From Podarcis tiliguerta (Eukaryota), in the NCBI GenBank assembly GCA_965153285.1, contig OZ229110.1: a stretch of 64,000 nucleotides of DNA. One strand, 5' to 3'. This document shows, in pieces, positions 37,670 through 51,027 of the stretch. The position numbers and the translations under genes are program-made. The number at the start of each line of letters is the position of its first letter. Within the stretch, counting starts at the first letter, position 1. The notes below the pieces were generated by a model. The model had not been told where the DNA came from, searched no databases, and saw only the letters and a list, made by a program, of their open reading frames with translations.

Positions 37670-37815
37670 ACGGCTTTCAACCAAGTCAGCCATTTCCCCA
37701 TCTAGCTCAGTATTGCCAACACTTCCAGAGTTTTAGACTCCTGTCTTTGCAAGTCCTACCTGGAGATGTTGGGGATTGAACCTGCAACACATGTGTTCTA
37801 CTTTTGAGCTATGGA
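37670..37815 (-). mobile_element. tRNA-derived SINE, degenerate
   Basis: catctagctcagtattg...cctacctggagatgttggggattgaacc. Confidence 0.65.
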
Positions 37816-38086
37816 GCCATCCTTGTGGCCAGCTGAAGAAGAGTGCATGAGAACAGGCCTTTTCAGTAGTGGCTCCCCACTTATGGAGGCCCACCTCCCC
37901 ATGGAAGCCCAACTTGGCACCACAACTAAGCTAGTTTCTGACACCAGGCAAAACATTTATTTTCAGCCAAGCTTTACATCTTAAATTTTGATAGTTTTTG
38001 ATATTCTGGCCTCCTTAAGTAGGGGGATATGTTAGATCACATTTTAAGTATATGAATGTTTTTAGCTTTTATTTAGTTTAGATCTG

Positions 38087-38317
38087 TACAGTTGTACCTC
38101 GGGTTACAAACATTTTGGGTTACAGACTCCGCTAACCTGGAAGTAGTGCCTCGGGTTAAGAACTACCTCAGGATGAGAACAGAAAACACACAATGCTGAC
38201 GCAGCAGCAGCAGCGGGAGGCTGCATTAGCTAAAGTGGTACCTCAGGTTAAGAACGGTTTCAGGTTAAGAATGGACCTCTGGAACAAATTAAGTTTGAAA
38301 CCAGAGGTACTACTGTA
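38087..38317 (-). mobile_element. Tc1/mariner MITE (CAGTGGTACCTC family)
   Basis: TA-CAGTTGTACCTC ... GAGGTACTACTG-TA. Same interior as the 49480 copy, in opposite orientation. Confidence 0.88.
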
Positions 38318-38379
38318 TTGGTTTTGATTTTTGTATTATATTGTAAGTTGCTTTGAGTTTACTTTTTTTAAAAAGTGAC

Positions 38380-38380
<1 letters not shown>

Positions 38381-38413
<33 letters not shown>

Positions 38414-38903
38414 TTATTATTTATACCCCGCCCATCTGGCTGGGCCTCCCCAGCCACTCTGGGCGGCTTCCATAGAAACCAAAAATACAGTAAAATATCA
38501 CACGTTAAAAACTTCCCTGAACAGGGCTGCCTTAAGATGTCTTCTGAATGTCAGGTAGTTGTTTATCGCTTTGACATCTGCTGGAAGGGCGTTCCACAGG
38601 GCGGGCGCCACTACCGAGAAGGCCCTCTGCCTGGTTCCCTATAGCTTTGCTTCTCGCAATGAGGGAACCACCAGAAGGCCCTCGGTGCTGGACCTCAGTG
38701 TCTGGGCAGAACGATGGGGGTGGAGACGCTCCTTCAGGTATACTGGACCGAGGCCGTTTAGGGCTTTAAAGGTCAGCACCAACACTTTGAATTGTGCTCG
38801 GAAACGTACTGGGAGCCAATGTAGGTCTTTCAAGACCGGTGTTATATGGTTTCGGCGGCCGCCCCCAGTCACCAGTCTAGCTGCCGCATTCTGGATTAGT
38901 TGC
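38381..38903 (-). mobile_element. Young 5'-truncated L2 LINE with (AAT)n tail
   Basis: QLIQNAAARLVTG...LHWLPVRFRAQFKVLVLTFKALNGLGPVYLKERL. CpGs are intact. ACTAATAA occurs on both flanks (38378-38385 and 38904-38911) as a possible TSD. Confidence 0.92.
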
Positions 38904-39785
38904 ACTAATAAGTGCAAACAACTACAATAACAACACATAGCACATATCTGATATGACAGGAGCGAAAACACCCCTACATTTTACTTTGGGGCTCCTCAAT
39001 TCTGAGCTTCCACCCCCCAGAACTTTTAATAAGGTCCCTCACTCGACTGATCAATGACAGCTTGGCTTTATCGCATGGTACATATTCACACACTGGTGAC
39101 AAGGCAGTCCCTGAGGACAGTGACTGATGATTATTCACCATCCTCATGGGATCATCTTTTCAGAATTCAGAAAGATTGGATTCCACTTAGTTCCCACTCC
39201 TATTCAGTATAGTCATATGAGACAGCTAAATGAGCTTGGGATCAGTTTGATGCATATGTCAGCAGAGCCTTCCACAGTTTATGGGAATCATTTCACTCCC
39301 AGAAAACTTTGATTTCTAACATAAAATGCTACCCAAACTTTGCCATCACACAATATACCCACACCAAATATTAAACCACAAAGTACAAAATAGCCTCAAA
39401 TAAACCCCCCAACCACAAATATATTGTCCATGTATATTTTTCCCTCTTGCAAAATATACCACAGAATACATGTGAAGATGAAGCTAGACTATAACCAAAC
39501 CTACACCTGTCCTTCTCCTCATGGGATGTTTACTACAGCTACTCAACAGTCACCCATAGCCTGTTTATGCATTGGTCAATTTCATGGATGTCACAACAAT
39601 TTTGCAATTTTCATGCTGTCTGTGAAATCTTGATTTACACAGTGGCTAACATTACAGTCGCTTTTGCACAGGTTTCCACAGGGTCAATTCAGATGTTTGT
39701 TTGCTGTGAAGAAGAGAAAGCACAGCTTCCTAGCTCCTCTATTGTAAATACAGCATTTGCCTTTTCTATTCCTGGGAGATTGTAC

Positions 39786-41657
39786 AATCATAGAATCATC
39801 TAATCCAACTTCCTGCAATGCAGGAATCTCAACTATATCATAAATGGCAGATGGCCGTCCAACATCTGTTTAAAAACCTCCAAGGAAGGAGTGTCCACCA
39901 CTTCTCGTGTGAGTCTCTTCCACTGTTGAACAGCTCTTACTGTCAGAAAGTTATTTCTGATGTTTAATTGGAAACTCCATTCTTGTAACTCAAATCCATT
40001 GGTTTGAGTCCTATCCTCTGCAGCAAGAGAAAACAAGCTTGCTCCATCTTCCATGTACAGCCCTTTAGATATTTGAAGAAGGCTCATATCTCCTCTCAGA
40101 CTCCTGGTTAAACATACCCAACTCCTGCAACTGTTCTTCCTAATGCTTGGTTCCCAGGCCCTTAAACAACTTGGCTGCCCTCCTCTGCACATGTTCCAGC
40201 TTGTCTTTCTTAAATCATGGTACCCATAACTAAACACAATACTCCAGGTGTGGTCTGACCAAGGCGGAATAGAGTGGTACTATTTACTATACAGTGGTAC
40301 CTTGGCTTACGAACTTAATCCATTCCGGAAGTCCGTTCTTAAACCAAAGCGTTCTTAAACCAAGGTGTGCTTTCCCATAGCAGCGGGGGACTCAATTTAC
40401 AAATGGAACACACTCAACAGGAAGAGAAACATATTCTTATTCCAAAGCAAAGTTCACACACCAAACACCTACTTCCGGGTTTGAGGTTCTTAATCCAAGT
40501 TGTTCATAAACTAAGCTGTTCTTAAACCAAGGTACCTCTGTATTTCTGTTGATGCAGCCTAGAATAGCATTAGCTTTGCATCACACTGTTGACTCATGTT
40601 AAGCTTGTGGTCCACTAAGACCCCTAGTTCCTTTACACCTATACTACTGGCAAACCAGGTGTCGTCATCCCCCATCCTATATTTGTGCAGCTGGCTCTTC
40701 CTGCCCAAGTGTAGAACCGTGCATTTGTCCCTACTGAAATAGTTTGGGCCCAGTTTTCAATCTGTTAAGGTCATATTGAATCCTGATTCTGTCTTCAGGG
40801 GCATTTGCTGCCCTTTCTAGTTTGGGTCACCTGCAAATATGATAAGCCTCCCCTCAATTCTTTCATCCAAGTTGTTTATAAAGACGTTGAACTACAACGG
40901 ACCCAGGACAGAACCCTGTGGCAGTCCACTTGTCAGGTTTTTTCCCAGGATAACAATGAACCATTTGTGAGCACTCTTTGTGTTCTCATCAGTCAACCAG
41001 CTACAAATCCACCTAATAGTTACCTCTCCAGCCCACATTTTACCAGCTTATCCACAAGAATATCACGAGGGACTTTGTCAAAAGCTTTACTAAAATCAAG
41101 ATACATTACGTCCACAACATTCCCCTGATCCACCAAGCCAGCAACTCTATCAAAAAAAGAAATGAGATTTGTCTGGCATGACCTGTTTTTGAGAAACCCA
41201 TGCTGGGTCTTAGTAACTACAGCATCCTTTTCTAAGTGCTTACAGACCAACTGCTATCTGTTACTGGACATTTCCTGGTATCAATGTCAAGCTCACCAGT
41301 TGGTAGTTACCTGGGTCTTCTTTCCCCTGCTTTTTGATGATGGGAACAACCTTGGCCCACTTCCAGTATGCAGGGACCTCATCTGTTGTCCAAGAATTCT
41401 CAAAGATTATAGAAAGAGGACCTGAAATTACACCTGTAAGCTCCTTTAGTACTCTTGGGTGTAGTTCATCAGGCCCAGGAGATTTGAATTCATTTAAAGT
41501 AGCTAGGTGTTCTCTTACCACCTATTTTCCTATATTGGACTGCAGCTCCCTCCTTGCATTGTGTATTCTGTTATCACCAGGTTGGGCACTGCTTACCTTT
41601 TGGGTGAAGACAGAAGCAAACTAGGTGTTGAGCAGTTCTGCCTTCTCTGTCACCCAA
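39786..41657 (-). mobile_element. CR1 LINE, ~1.6 kb 3' part of ORF2 (decayed RT)
   Basis: KSPGPDELHPRVLKEL, QHGFLKNRSCQTNLISFFD, VDVMYLDFSKAFDKV and PSLEVFKQMLDGHL motifs, plus the CR1 tail. Confidence 0.95.
40290..40542. mobile_element. Tc1/mariner MITE nested in the CR1
   Basis: TA-CAGTGGTACCTTGG ... CCAAGGTACCTCTG-TA. The interior differs from the 49480 family. Confidence 0.88.
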
Positions 41658-41832
41658 TAGCACTTCTCCACACAAACCATTTGTTTGTTCAAGTTTATGG
41701 AGAGAAGGCAAGATTCAGGTTCATGATGAGAAGGCAAACTTGTGCAACTCCCAAGCTGGGTGCGACTAAAAGACTCTATTTCCTGAAGCACAGCCATGAT
41801 TGTCTGAGGCTGTAGAAACAATGAAGGGCCTC

Positions 41833-41912
41833 ATGGCATGTTAAAGACTAACACATTTATTCTGGCACAAACTTTTGTGGATTATAGCCCATTGCACTAG
41901 ATCAGTTAAGTG
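41833..41912. mobile_element. Penelope-like element terminal fragment
   Basis: ttaaagactaacacatttatt...cttttgtggattatagccca resembles reptile Penelope ends (recalled similarity only). Confidence 0.5.
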
Positions 41913-42811
41913 TTACCCCACATTGTAGTTCCAGGGGTGAGGTGGAGCATACACAGGGGACCACCAAGGCAGACAATGTGTGTTTATTTTTTCTGCATAG
42001 CAACAGAAAAGCATTCAAAATTATCATCACATATAGTCTAGCCACCCTGCTGTTCCCACTCTGAATGGACCTGTGGCTAAATCCAGCAGAGAACTCAGTA
42101 TATTTCTGAGTAAGTCAAGGCAGAAAGCTCACAAGCATTGTCTCTAAAGTAGTGGTGCAGTTAGGTAATTTCAGAGTCTGGATTTAATAGTCTCAGAACT
42201 ACTACACACACACCCCACGCTTTGTATGGTAATGTATATTACTCTAAGCACCTTTCTTCCCAACCCCACTGTCCTATTCACACACACACATACACACACA
42301 CACAACTCCCACTGTGTCCAGTGGAGTTTATTCCAAGGTAAACACAACTCTAATTATGCACAAGAAACCTCTAAGCTTTGGAGACAAAAATATATGGGGA
42401 ATGAGAGACCAGAGAGAAATAAGGCACACAAAGCAAGGAAGGTTGGGTTTCTCCCTCGCATTCCATCCCATGCTTTGCAACTGCTGCACTGCTAGAGCAG
42501 AAAGCAGCCCTGATAAAACTGTGCACAGTTTGTGGTTTTAAACTCACTTAACTCATCTTGATATCCCCCTAACTACAGGAATAATATATCAAACATTTTC
42601 CTACCACTTCAGGAACACAGCAGCACATAATCAGGAACAGGGGGAGTCTGCCTAGAGAAGATGTAACAGGGTGTTGGGGGGGGGGGGAGAATCAGCAGGA
42701 TGTAAGATAGGGGCTCACAAGCACTTCTTGCTATAAGGAGAGAGATTTCGCTTTCATGGTATCTGCTCAGCTTCACATGGTCACCTTGAGATCTCCCTTC
42801 CACCCCCCCCC

Positions 42812-42814
<3 letters not shown>

Positions 42815-42879
<65 letters not shown>
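42815..42879. repeat. Compound (CT)n(CA)n microsatellite
   Basis: Seen directly. Confidence 0.95.
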
Positions 42880-42886
<7 letters not shown>

Positions 42887-45130
42887 GGAGATCTTCACCC
42901 ATCTTCAAGAACACTTTGAACAATAAAATAAATGGCAACTGAACATTGGCTTACTTGGTTGGCCACGCATAAAACATCTTTCTGATGCTTAATAGCCTGC
43001 CTTTAAACAGCGGGAATTAATCCTTTATACTTTTTTTAACAGATTCAGAGACTTGATTTCTCCTTATCTATTCTAAGAGGTGAAGAACAGTTATCTTTAG
43101 TACTTCTAAAAAAGACTCTTGGGAATTTCACCCACGACTCAGGTTACACGGAAGCGTAATGCTGGAACAGTAATGAATGCTGCCTCTATATTGGAAAGAT
43201 ACATGATTATTTCCAGATTCTTGCTCTACATGTGCCTAGCGTCCAGATAATTGAGCTAGGCTGATTCACACATGCGTATATGCCACTTGATCCTCCATCA
43301 CCTTAATATGTGGTGAGTTGTACCTCAATACTGAACACTGCTGGAGTGATAAAAACGTATCTATTAGAGGGCTTTGATCTCCAACGGCTCTTTCCCTTTT
43401 CCCATCATTTAGTGTTGCAGCCATCAAGTGATGAGTATGCAGTTGTGCATGGGTTGTAAAGTTCCAGCATTTTCATATACTATAAGATAGGAATAGGGGG
43501 TCTGTGGCTTTCCAGCTATAGGCTATAGGTCTTAGCATCCCTCACTGCTGGCTATGCAGGCTGGGGGCTGATGAGTCCAGTAATACACAGAGGGCCATAG
43601 GTTCCCTGTCGCTCTTGGAAGACATGTGTATAAAACTCAGAGAAAGGTGGTGTCCATGTCTTCCACATGTCACTGCCAAAAAAACAACCCTGTAGATGTT
43701 GTCCCATGGCTAGGCAATTCTTTTGGGGGAGACACACCAAAAATTCAATGCTCAAGAAGAACACACTTTTCCATATTCAGCAATGTAATCAATTAGGGCC
43801 ATCCTGTGGGTCCAAACCACGTTAGAAGGTTCATGTACAGCACAGAGATGGGACAAGGGAAATGAGTTGCAAGTCAAAGAAGACACGGGGCCCCCATGTA
43901 TTGGTCTGCTGCTGGTGCAAATTCCTTTCCGTGCATCTGTCTAGACAGCGAGATCTGTTCAACTTGAATACAGCTGTCTAAGGCTTTTCCAGGAGGGGTT
44001 GGCTGGACAAAAAGTGCTCTCTCTCCTTTGAAGAAGAAATAGTTCTGACAGCTTCTTCTCTCACTAAGCATTTCAAAATACTTCATGTCCCTGGACTCTC
44101 CCACTTGCTGTGCCCCTTGCACGTTATTGCTATTCCTTCCTTGCTGTGTGTCTCTCCCCTGGGGACGCTGTCAGTTGCAAAGAAGCTCAGGCTGCCTCGA
44201 TGGCCTCTGATCCCTCTGCAGCAGCAGGCTGCTTACATTCGCGTGATCGCCATGTACCTCTAAAACCAGAAACGGCATTATCATGGGACATTCCAGTACC
44301 AAGTCTCCTGCTGGTGCTGTGCAGGCCCTGGTGTGGGAATCACTCCAGCGATGGTCAGGGCCTCCCATATCATGGCTTGGTCACACATGGATATGTGGGT
44401 AATCCACAAGAAGCATATGGTGCGGTGCAGATCACTGTATGTTGGCCTACAGCAAGTCTGGCTACCACGTGGCTCCCCATATCTACTGCTTGAACTCTCA
44501 AGTTCCATCAGTGCCAGCCAGCATGGTCGATGCTCAGGGATGATGAGAGTTGAAGTCAAACAATATCTGGAGGGTCACAGGTAAGTCAGCCCTGGTGTTC
44601 AGCTTCTCATAATCTGCCTTAGCATTACAGTCCAAACCCTTTTCTTCCAGAACTGTAAAACACATTTTCAAGGGCTGTTCATACTCCATGTGGTTTTTAA
44701 AAAAGCAAGGGTGCCCCCCTTCTCTTATAGCCTATCTTGCAATCTGGGTACACAGCAAATAGACCTATATATGTGTAGGCTTTCCCCTCATTTTTGTTGG
44801 TGGGGTGAGCTGCAGAAATAAAGTCTGTGCACACGCAAGGGGAGTACCCACCTCCGCTGGCTGGAAGGGGTGAGTGTGTGAAGTGGCAGTAAAAAGAGGC
44901 ATCCTGGGATCTCATAAAAGCTGAAGGCAGAAAACTGCACTGCAGATCCAAGGATGGAAGGTAAGACAAAAATATTGCATGCTCTAACTGTACCAGATGC
45001 AGCTATCTGTAGGGAGGCAGAATCTTTCAGAGAAAGATGGTGCCTAGGCTATTCTTCAATTTTTCACAGCTCAAAGGGCACTCTTCATGAAGGTGGATAA
45101 AAACTGGATCAGACAAACATGTGTCGGAGA

Positions 45131-45284
45131 GGTTTTTTTTGTTGTTGTCCCATCACTTTCCCCAGGAAAACCCACAATTTACTGCTGAATCATCGATCCG
45201 TAGAAAACCAGACAGACATTTGCTCCAGAATTCAGCAGTAAACTGCAGGTTTCCTGGGGAAAATGGCAGACAAAAGAAGAAGCC
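45131..45284. repeat. Fold-back (palindromic) element, probably a MITE remnant
   Basis: TTCCCCAGGAAAACCCACAATTTACTGCTGAAT pairs imperfectly with ATTCAGCAGTAAACTGCAGGTTTCCTGGGGAA, and the arms extend outward. Confidence 0.75.
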
Positions 45285-46855
45285 CTTGGACCTGTGCCTG
45301 GAAATCGCAGCGCAAACAGAAGTGTGGGTGAGCTCTCAGTCACTTGCAGGTTGGGGAAACAATAACTCTTATCTACTTTAGATTCCATACTGTTGTGGAG
45401 TTGCTCATTGGCAGAGAAACTTTCAACACCCACCTGTCTTTTCTACCACTGTTGAGATGGGGAGCTTGTGCAGTTTATTCAGAAGGACTAAAGGGGGTAG
45501 GAAAAAGGACAGTAAGAGGCTGTGTACTGAAGGAAAAAGATGTTCCTTGGCACCAAATCCCCCTGGTTTCTATTACAATTTTGAGCAACTGTGTCAGGGC
45601 AAACATAGGGCACTCACTGTATACCTCATCAGACCCATGCATTCCCCATTTATGACAATTCATAAAAATGAGATGGGGGGGGGGGGAGAGAGCTAAACAC
45701 TGTTGCCATGTGCTTCTGGGTCTGGTAGGGAGTGAACACTGAAATACAATCCTAAATGATATAGGGAAATACAGAGCCAGCAGATATAAGGTTTCCAGCA
45801 TAGTTTTGTCAACGCAGTTCTGACCTACCTCACACTCTGCTCTCCTGCCCTGATCCTAGTAGGCAGCTCTCTGTCAATCCATCAAGCAAGGCCATCCAGC
45901 GGCCCTCCAATAATGCCATTCAGTTCTGGCTTGCAGCAGCTATGCTGTCATCTGAGCCCCAGGAGGACATCCTAGCGAGGACCATGCCAACAGTGCCAGA
46001 CTGATAGTCTGCTAGCAGGCATGGCTAGATACACAGACACTATGTCTTGGAAGGAATTGAATTTTGTCCATCAGGTGCTGTATGGGCTAAATCCCAGTTT
46101 CTTCAGGTCGCTAGGTTATGTTCCCTTCTAGGTTTGGTGGGGTGACGATTTAGTTTAGTGAAAGGTTGAGTAAAGGGCAAGGGGAGAGGCATGACAGAGG
46201 AATCTGAACTTATGTATATAGTGTAGAGAAAGCAGAGAGGGAGATTTCTCGCTCTATAACCTTGGGTCACTCCATTAAGCCAAATGGAAGAAGGTTCAGG
46301 GCAGGGGGGGAAAGGAAGTATCACCATCATATTATTCTTATTTTATACCCTTCCCATCTGGCTGGGTTGCCCCAAACTCTGCTCTCCAGAGATTTTGAGC
46401 TAGAATGGCCAATGCTGAAGTGATAAAAGGGCTCTAAATAATTGAGTGATTTAAAGGACACAAAGAATGTGTGATTTAAAGCTCCATATTTCAGGAAGTA
46501 TGTCTTAAAAGAGGGGTATGCAGAACAAGGATGCCCCTCCGAGTATTTCCACGTGGTCCACAAAGCTGCTTCTGTCACAACGCTGAAGCATATGTCAGGA
46601 TTCACACCAAAACACCTTCTGCTCATCCTAGCCAGGACCAAAAATGGGAGGGTTTTCGGATACCTTTGTTCGCTTGATGAACTGTACTTATATAAAAAAG
46701 GGCCTTCATTCTCATTCTTGGTGGCTGCACTACTCTCCGATAGAAAACAAACTATAATTGCACTTTCTACAAATACAAGGAGCAGAGATACATAAGTAGA
46801 GAACTTTCCCCCCCTGCCCTGAACCTTGGTTGCATGTAAATGCAATTAATAAATA

Positions 46856-47085
46856 TACAGTGGTACTTTGGGTTAGAGACACTTCAGGTTACAGACTCTG
46901 CTAACCCAGAAATAGTACCTCGGGTTAAGAACTTTGCTTCAGGATGAGAACAGAAATTGCATGGTGGTGGCACGGCAACAGCGTGAGGCCCCATTAGCTA
47001 AAGTGGTACCTAAGGTTAAGAATAGTTTCAGGTTAAGAACAGACCTCCAGAACGAATTAAGTTCTTAACCCGAGGTACCACTGTG
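46856..47085 (-). mobile_element. Tc1/mariner MITE (CAGTGGTACCTC family)
   Basis: TA-CAGTGGTACTTT ... GAGGTACCACTG-TG. Confidence 0.9.
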
Positions 47086-48354
47086 GTTGACTCACAACAT
47101 GCACGTTTCACATGTGCAATTTCAACTTTACGCAGTTGAAAGCTGGCCAACTGAAACACAAATTAAACTCATGGGAGGTGGAGAGCTTAAAAGATCTTTC
47201 TGTGCTGGGTTTTACTGGCACATAAAGAACTTGAAGCTCTCAGACGTGCTTACCAGGCTTTCGGGGGCTCTTGCAAGATCTTGGACAGCCCCGCGAGATC
47301 TCGTGAGAGCTTCCCAGAGCCCAGTAAGCAAGCCCAAATGCTTAAGAGAAGTCGCTGGTAAGTGCTGAGCTGTGCTTTTTACAGGCAATTTTCCAGATTT
47401 TAAGGGGTTGCTTTGACTATGTGTGATTTTGGCTTTACGTGCTGTCCCTGCAACGTAACCCATGTGTAAGATGTGAGTCAGCTGTAAATGACCAACAGAA
47501 TCATGTGGTGCATTTAGTGCTTCTAGATTACCTCTTTACTGGGCACTTTTGCTGTTTGTTTGCGGGGAGCTTAGACATCACCATCTATTCACTGAGCACC
47601 CATTCTGATTTGTTTATGGGGAGGTTAGATGACGTTGTGTCAAGCAAATGTTATCCCATACTACCCGGTGAATTTTCTCATTACTTTCCCTATTACAAAA
47701 GCTCAAATTTTGGGGGTCGTGAGTTTGTTGCGTAAGAGCTCCAAATCAAATTTAATTATGAAATGTGAATTTGCCAGGATGCGAATGAATGCTTTAGTTG
47801 AGATTCCTGCATTGCAGGGGGTTGGGAACACCTTACAACTCTATGCTTCTGTGATTTTATGATTCAATGAATCCCAAAGGAAAAAAATAGTGACAGTCTC
47901 CTTATTGCAGGGGGGGAACTACGTGTTTGTTTGTTTGTTTGTATATAGTGTGTTTGTGTATGTGTACAAACACACACACATACATTATTCCTGCACAGAG
48001 AAAGCTAGCATGCCTGGGGAACCTATTTTAGGATGCCATGCTAGTTCTCCATGTGGAGAAAATATTTATTTATTGGGTAAGAGATTTAAACAAAAGATTT
48101 CCCTCCAAATAGCACTACCCACTTGCTGAAGCAACGTGAGTAAGACGTAGCCACATCACAGCAGCCAACACATAATAATAGGATTGGGCTCTGTGGCATT
48201 TCAGATGGCTTGGATAAATGGAACTGAACAATTTTTTATTTATTTATTTATTTTTAGATTTTCTTGTTTGTTCTTAGTTATTAACATTTGACATGAATGT
48301 TTTTTGTCAGGAGATATTTTGGCAGTTTTCCTCCTGACAGGAAGTGCAGACACA

Positions 48355-48356
<2 letters not shown>

Positions 48357-48405
<49 letters not shown>
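48357..48405. repeat. (AG)n microsatellite
   Basis: Seen directly. Confidence 0.95.
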
Positions 48406-48409
<4 letters not shown>

Positions 48410-48505
48410 AAATATAAACTCATGAGTTTCTGCTTTAACCATATTAGTTGTTCTTTTTTAACTTGAGAGGTTGACCATTGGTGGGAGGGCAGATAAAGCT
48501 CTAAC

Positions 48506-48509
<4 letters not shown>

Positions 48510-48543
<34 letters not shown>
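48510..48543. repeat. (CA)n microsatellite
   Basis: Seen directly. Confidence 0.95.
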
Positions 48544-48545
<2 letters not shown>

Positions 48546-49479
48546 AAATATTAAAAAACCATGTTGATAAGAGAGAGAAATCTAACCAGAAATACTCCAG
48601 CAACTATTTTGAAACAAGCCTTTTGAAATGGTACGGTATGTGAATGAAGTTAAAGCTGTTTTAAGCCACACATCATGTGTGGAGTGCTGCTGTTTGTTTT
48701 TTCTCTGTGTGGAGCAATGACATGAGGGAAACATCCCAGATAGTTTTATTTGGTTACTTGAGGCACTGGGTGACCTTATCTATCAACCAATCTTTGCAAT
48801 GTTCATTCCCTCCTCCCCACCAGCACTGAGTATCACAGCATATTGGCCTCCGGTACTTCTGGTGAGTCAGCAGCGCTGACATCCTTGGAATCATGGAAAT
48901 GCTCCCAATACTCATGCGGAAGATCTAAATTTATGGCTTTTACGAGGCTGCAAGTTTGGAGAAGCTGCAAGTACAGCAGTTACAAAGAGAAAGAAGAAAT
49001 AGGGGGGATTTATGACGATCCACATTCATATGTGCCCCTCATGTCATTGCTGCACACAGAGGGAAAAACCAAGCAGACAGGGGAGGATACACATATATAT
49101 TTCAGCAATGGTCGCTATCACATCATACATTTAACACACTCTGCTAAGGGAAGTAGGAGCTGTAGCTCTGTGACAAACTGCAATTCCCAGAATTCTTTGG
49201 GTGAAGCCATGACTGCTAAGGTGCTCCACATGCAATGCAATAAATCACAAACCTGGGGCAGGGGATCGGGTGCTCTTTTCCATACTAAAGCCTGAATTAA
49301 TAAAAATGTTTTAAGCTGCTTAGGGTGTTGCTTAGGTGCAGCACAACCTCTGAAAATGTCTTTTTCCAGGTCCCTGACGATCTTAGGAGGAAAGGACAAC
49401 TTTGCACTCCCTTAATATAGAAGCTACCATGGAAGAAGAGACTGCATCCAGTTCACAAGAACGGAGGGTCAAAAGGGAA

Positions 49480-49698
49480 TACAGTGGTACCTCAGGTTAA
49501 GAACTTAATTCGTTTCAGCGGTCCGTTCTTAACCTGAAACTGTTCTTAACCTGAGGTACCACTTTAGCTAATGGGGCTTCCCGCTGCCACCGCGCAATTT
49601 CTGTTCTCTTCCTGAAGCAAAGTTCTTAACCCGAGGTACTATTTCTGGGTTAGCGGAGTCTGTAACCTGAAGCGTATGTAACCCGAGGTACCACTGTA
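49480..49698 (+). mobile_element. Tc1/mariner MITE (CAGTGGTACCTC family)
   Basis: TA-CAGTGGTACCTC ... GAGGTACCACTG-TA with TA TSD. Confidence 0.93.
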
Positions 49699-50872
49699 TG
49701 CTATTCTGTCAGGAGAGCTAGATCGGAATAAAGTGAAGCACTGTACACTACAAATTTACCTACAGATGCAATCCACCAGGAACTATAGCTGTACAGTATC
49801 CCATAGATTGTGCCCTAAATCCAGAAATGAAGAGCTCTGTAGGGTTCAGTAGCAATATTTTATCCAGACCTGTAAGCGCATCAGCTGTGGACATGAAAGA
49901 GCATCTATCAGCAGCACAGAGCTTAATCTGATCTTGTGACTCCTCATGGAAACTGCTGCTATGTTAATTCGTTACACACTTGTCCCGCTATGTGCTATAG
50001 ATTCCATTAAACTGTGACATAATATTAAGTTAACACCGGGCAGCTAAAGGGATTTTTGAAAGGTCACTGGCAATGGAGGTTTGCCTGAGCAGATAGATGA
50101 GAAAGTGAAGATCATTAACCGAGGATCAATGATTTTGCCACACCTACTTTTAGGGATCAGGAAAAACACTGTTGGCAGCAGAAGCACCCAAATGTGCATA
50201 TGAATTAGTTATTAAATGAATTTCATTTGCATTTTTATTCATGCTGTGACTTTATTCCGCCATGATTCCCTGACAGTTTGCTATAACCACGCTGCTTTCT
50301 TTCTCCAGCTGATGAGGTTGTAGGAAATGTGGTGGGAGAGTTAAGAAGACTCATGACACCTCCACATTAGCCAAAATACATACTTTCTTAGAAATCACAC
50401 TAACTGGGAACCTGCACATTTTCTGCATCTGTGAATTAGAAATTCTGCATATGCCCTGATGGTGCGTTGAAAAGAAAAGTGAACTTGGGAGTGGAAGGTA
50501 CGAGGTAAAAAAAAAAATTGCATGCTGAAAAGCACCATGGTTAAATTATACAATGCTATAACTGGAAAACCCACATTTCTGCAACAAGGACATTGTCTCT
50601 AAATTCAAGAAATCGTGCCTTTTTATTATTTGAATTGTGTAATTTTACCAGCAAACATGTTGGGTGCTTTAAGAGGAAGGTTAGCCCTGCAAGAAACATA
50701 TTTGCATGGGAAACCTGGCTGGCTGATTAAACAATCTATGGCCTTTAAAATGTGACGGGCTATGTGTTCTTTTTTCTTTTTTGCTATTATGTTATGCATT
50801 TTATGCTTTTATTTTGTTTTGTTTTTCTGTTGCAAACTGCCCTGTGATCTTTGGATGAAAGGTGATATATAA

Positions 50873-50908
<36 letters not shown>

Positions 50909-51027
50909 GTTATTATTATTAAGCCATGCTCATCAGGTAAGGAGACATGACTTCCAAGGAGTTTGGATATCTCTTCTTCTTCTTCTTCTTCTTCTTCTTC
51001 TTCTTCTTCTTCTTCTTCTTCTTCTTC
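50873..51027. repeat. (TTA)n and (TTC)n microsatellites
   Basis: Seen directly. They are the source of the poly-L/S/E/K ORFs. Confidence 0.95.
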
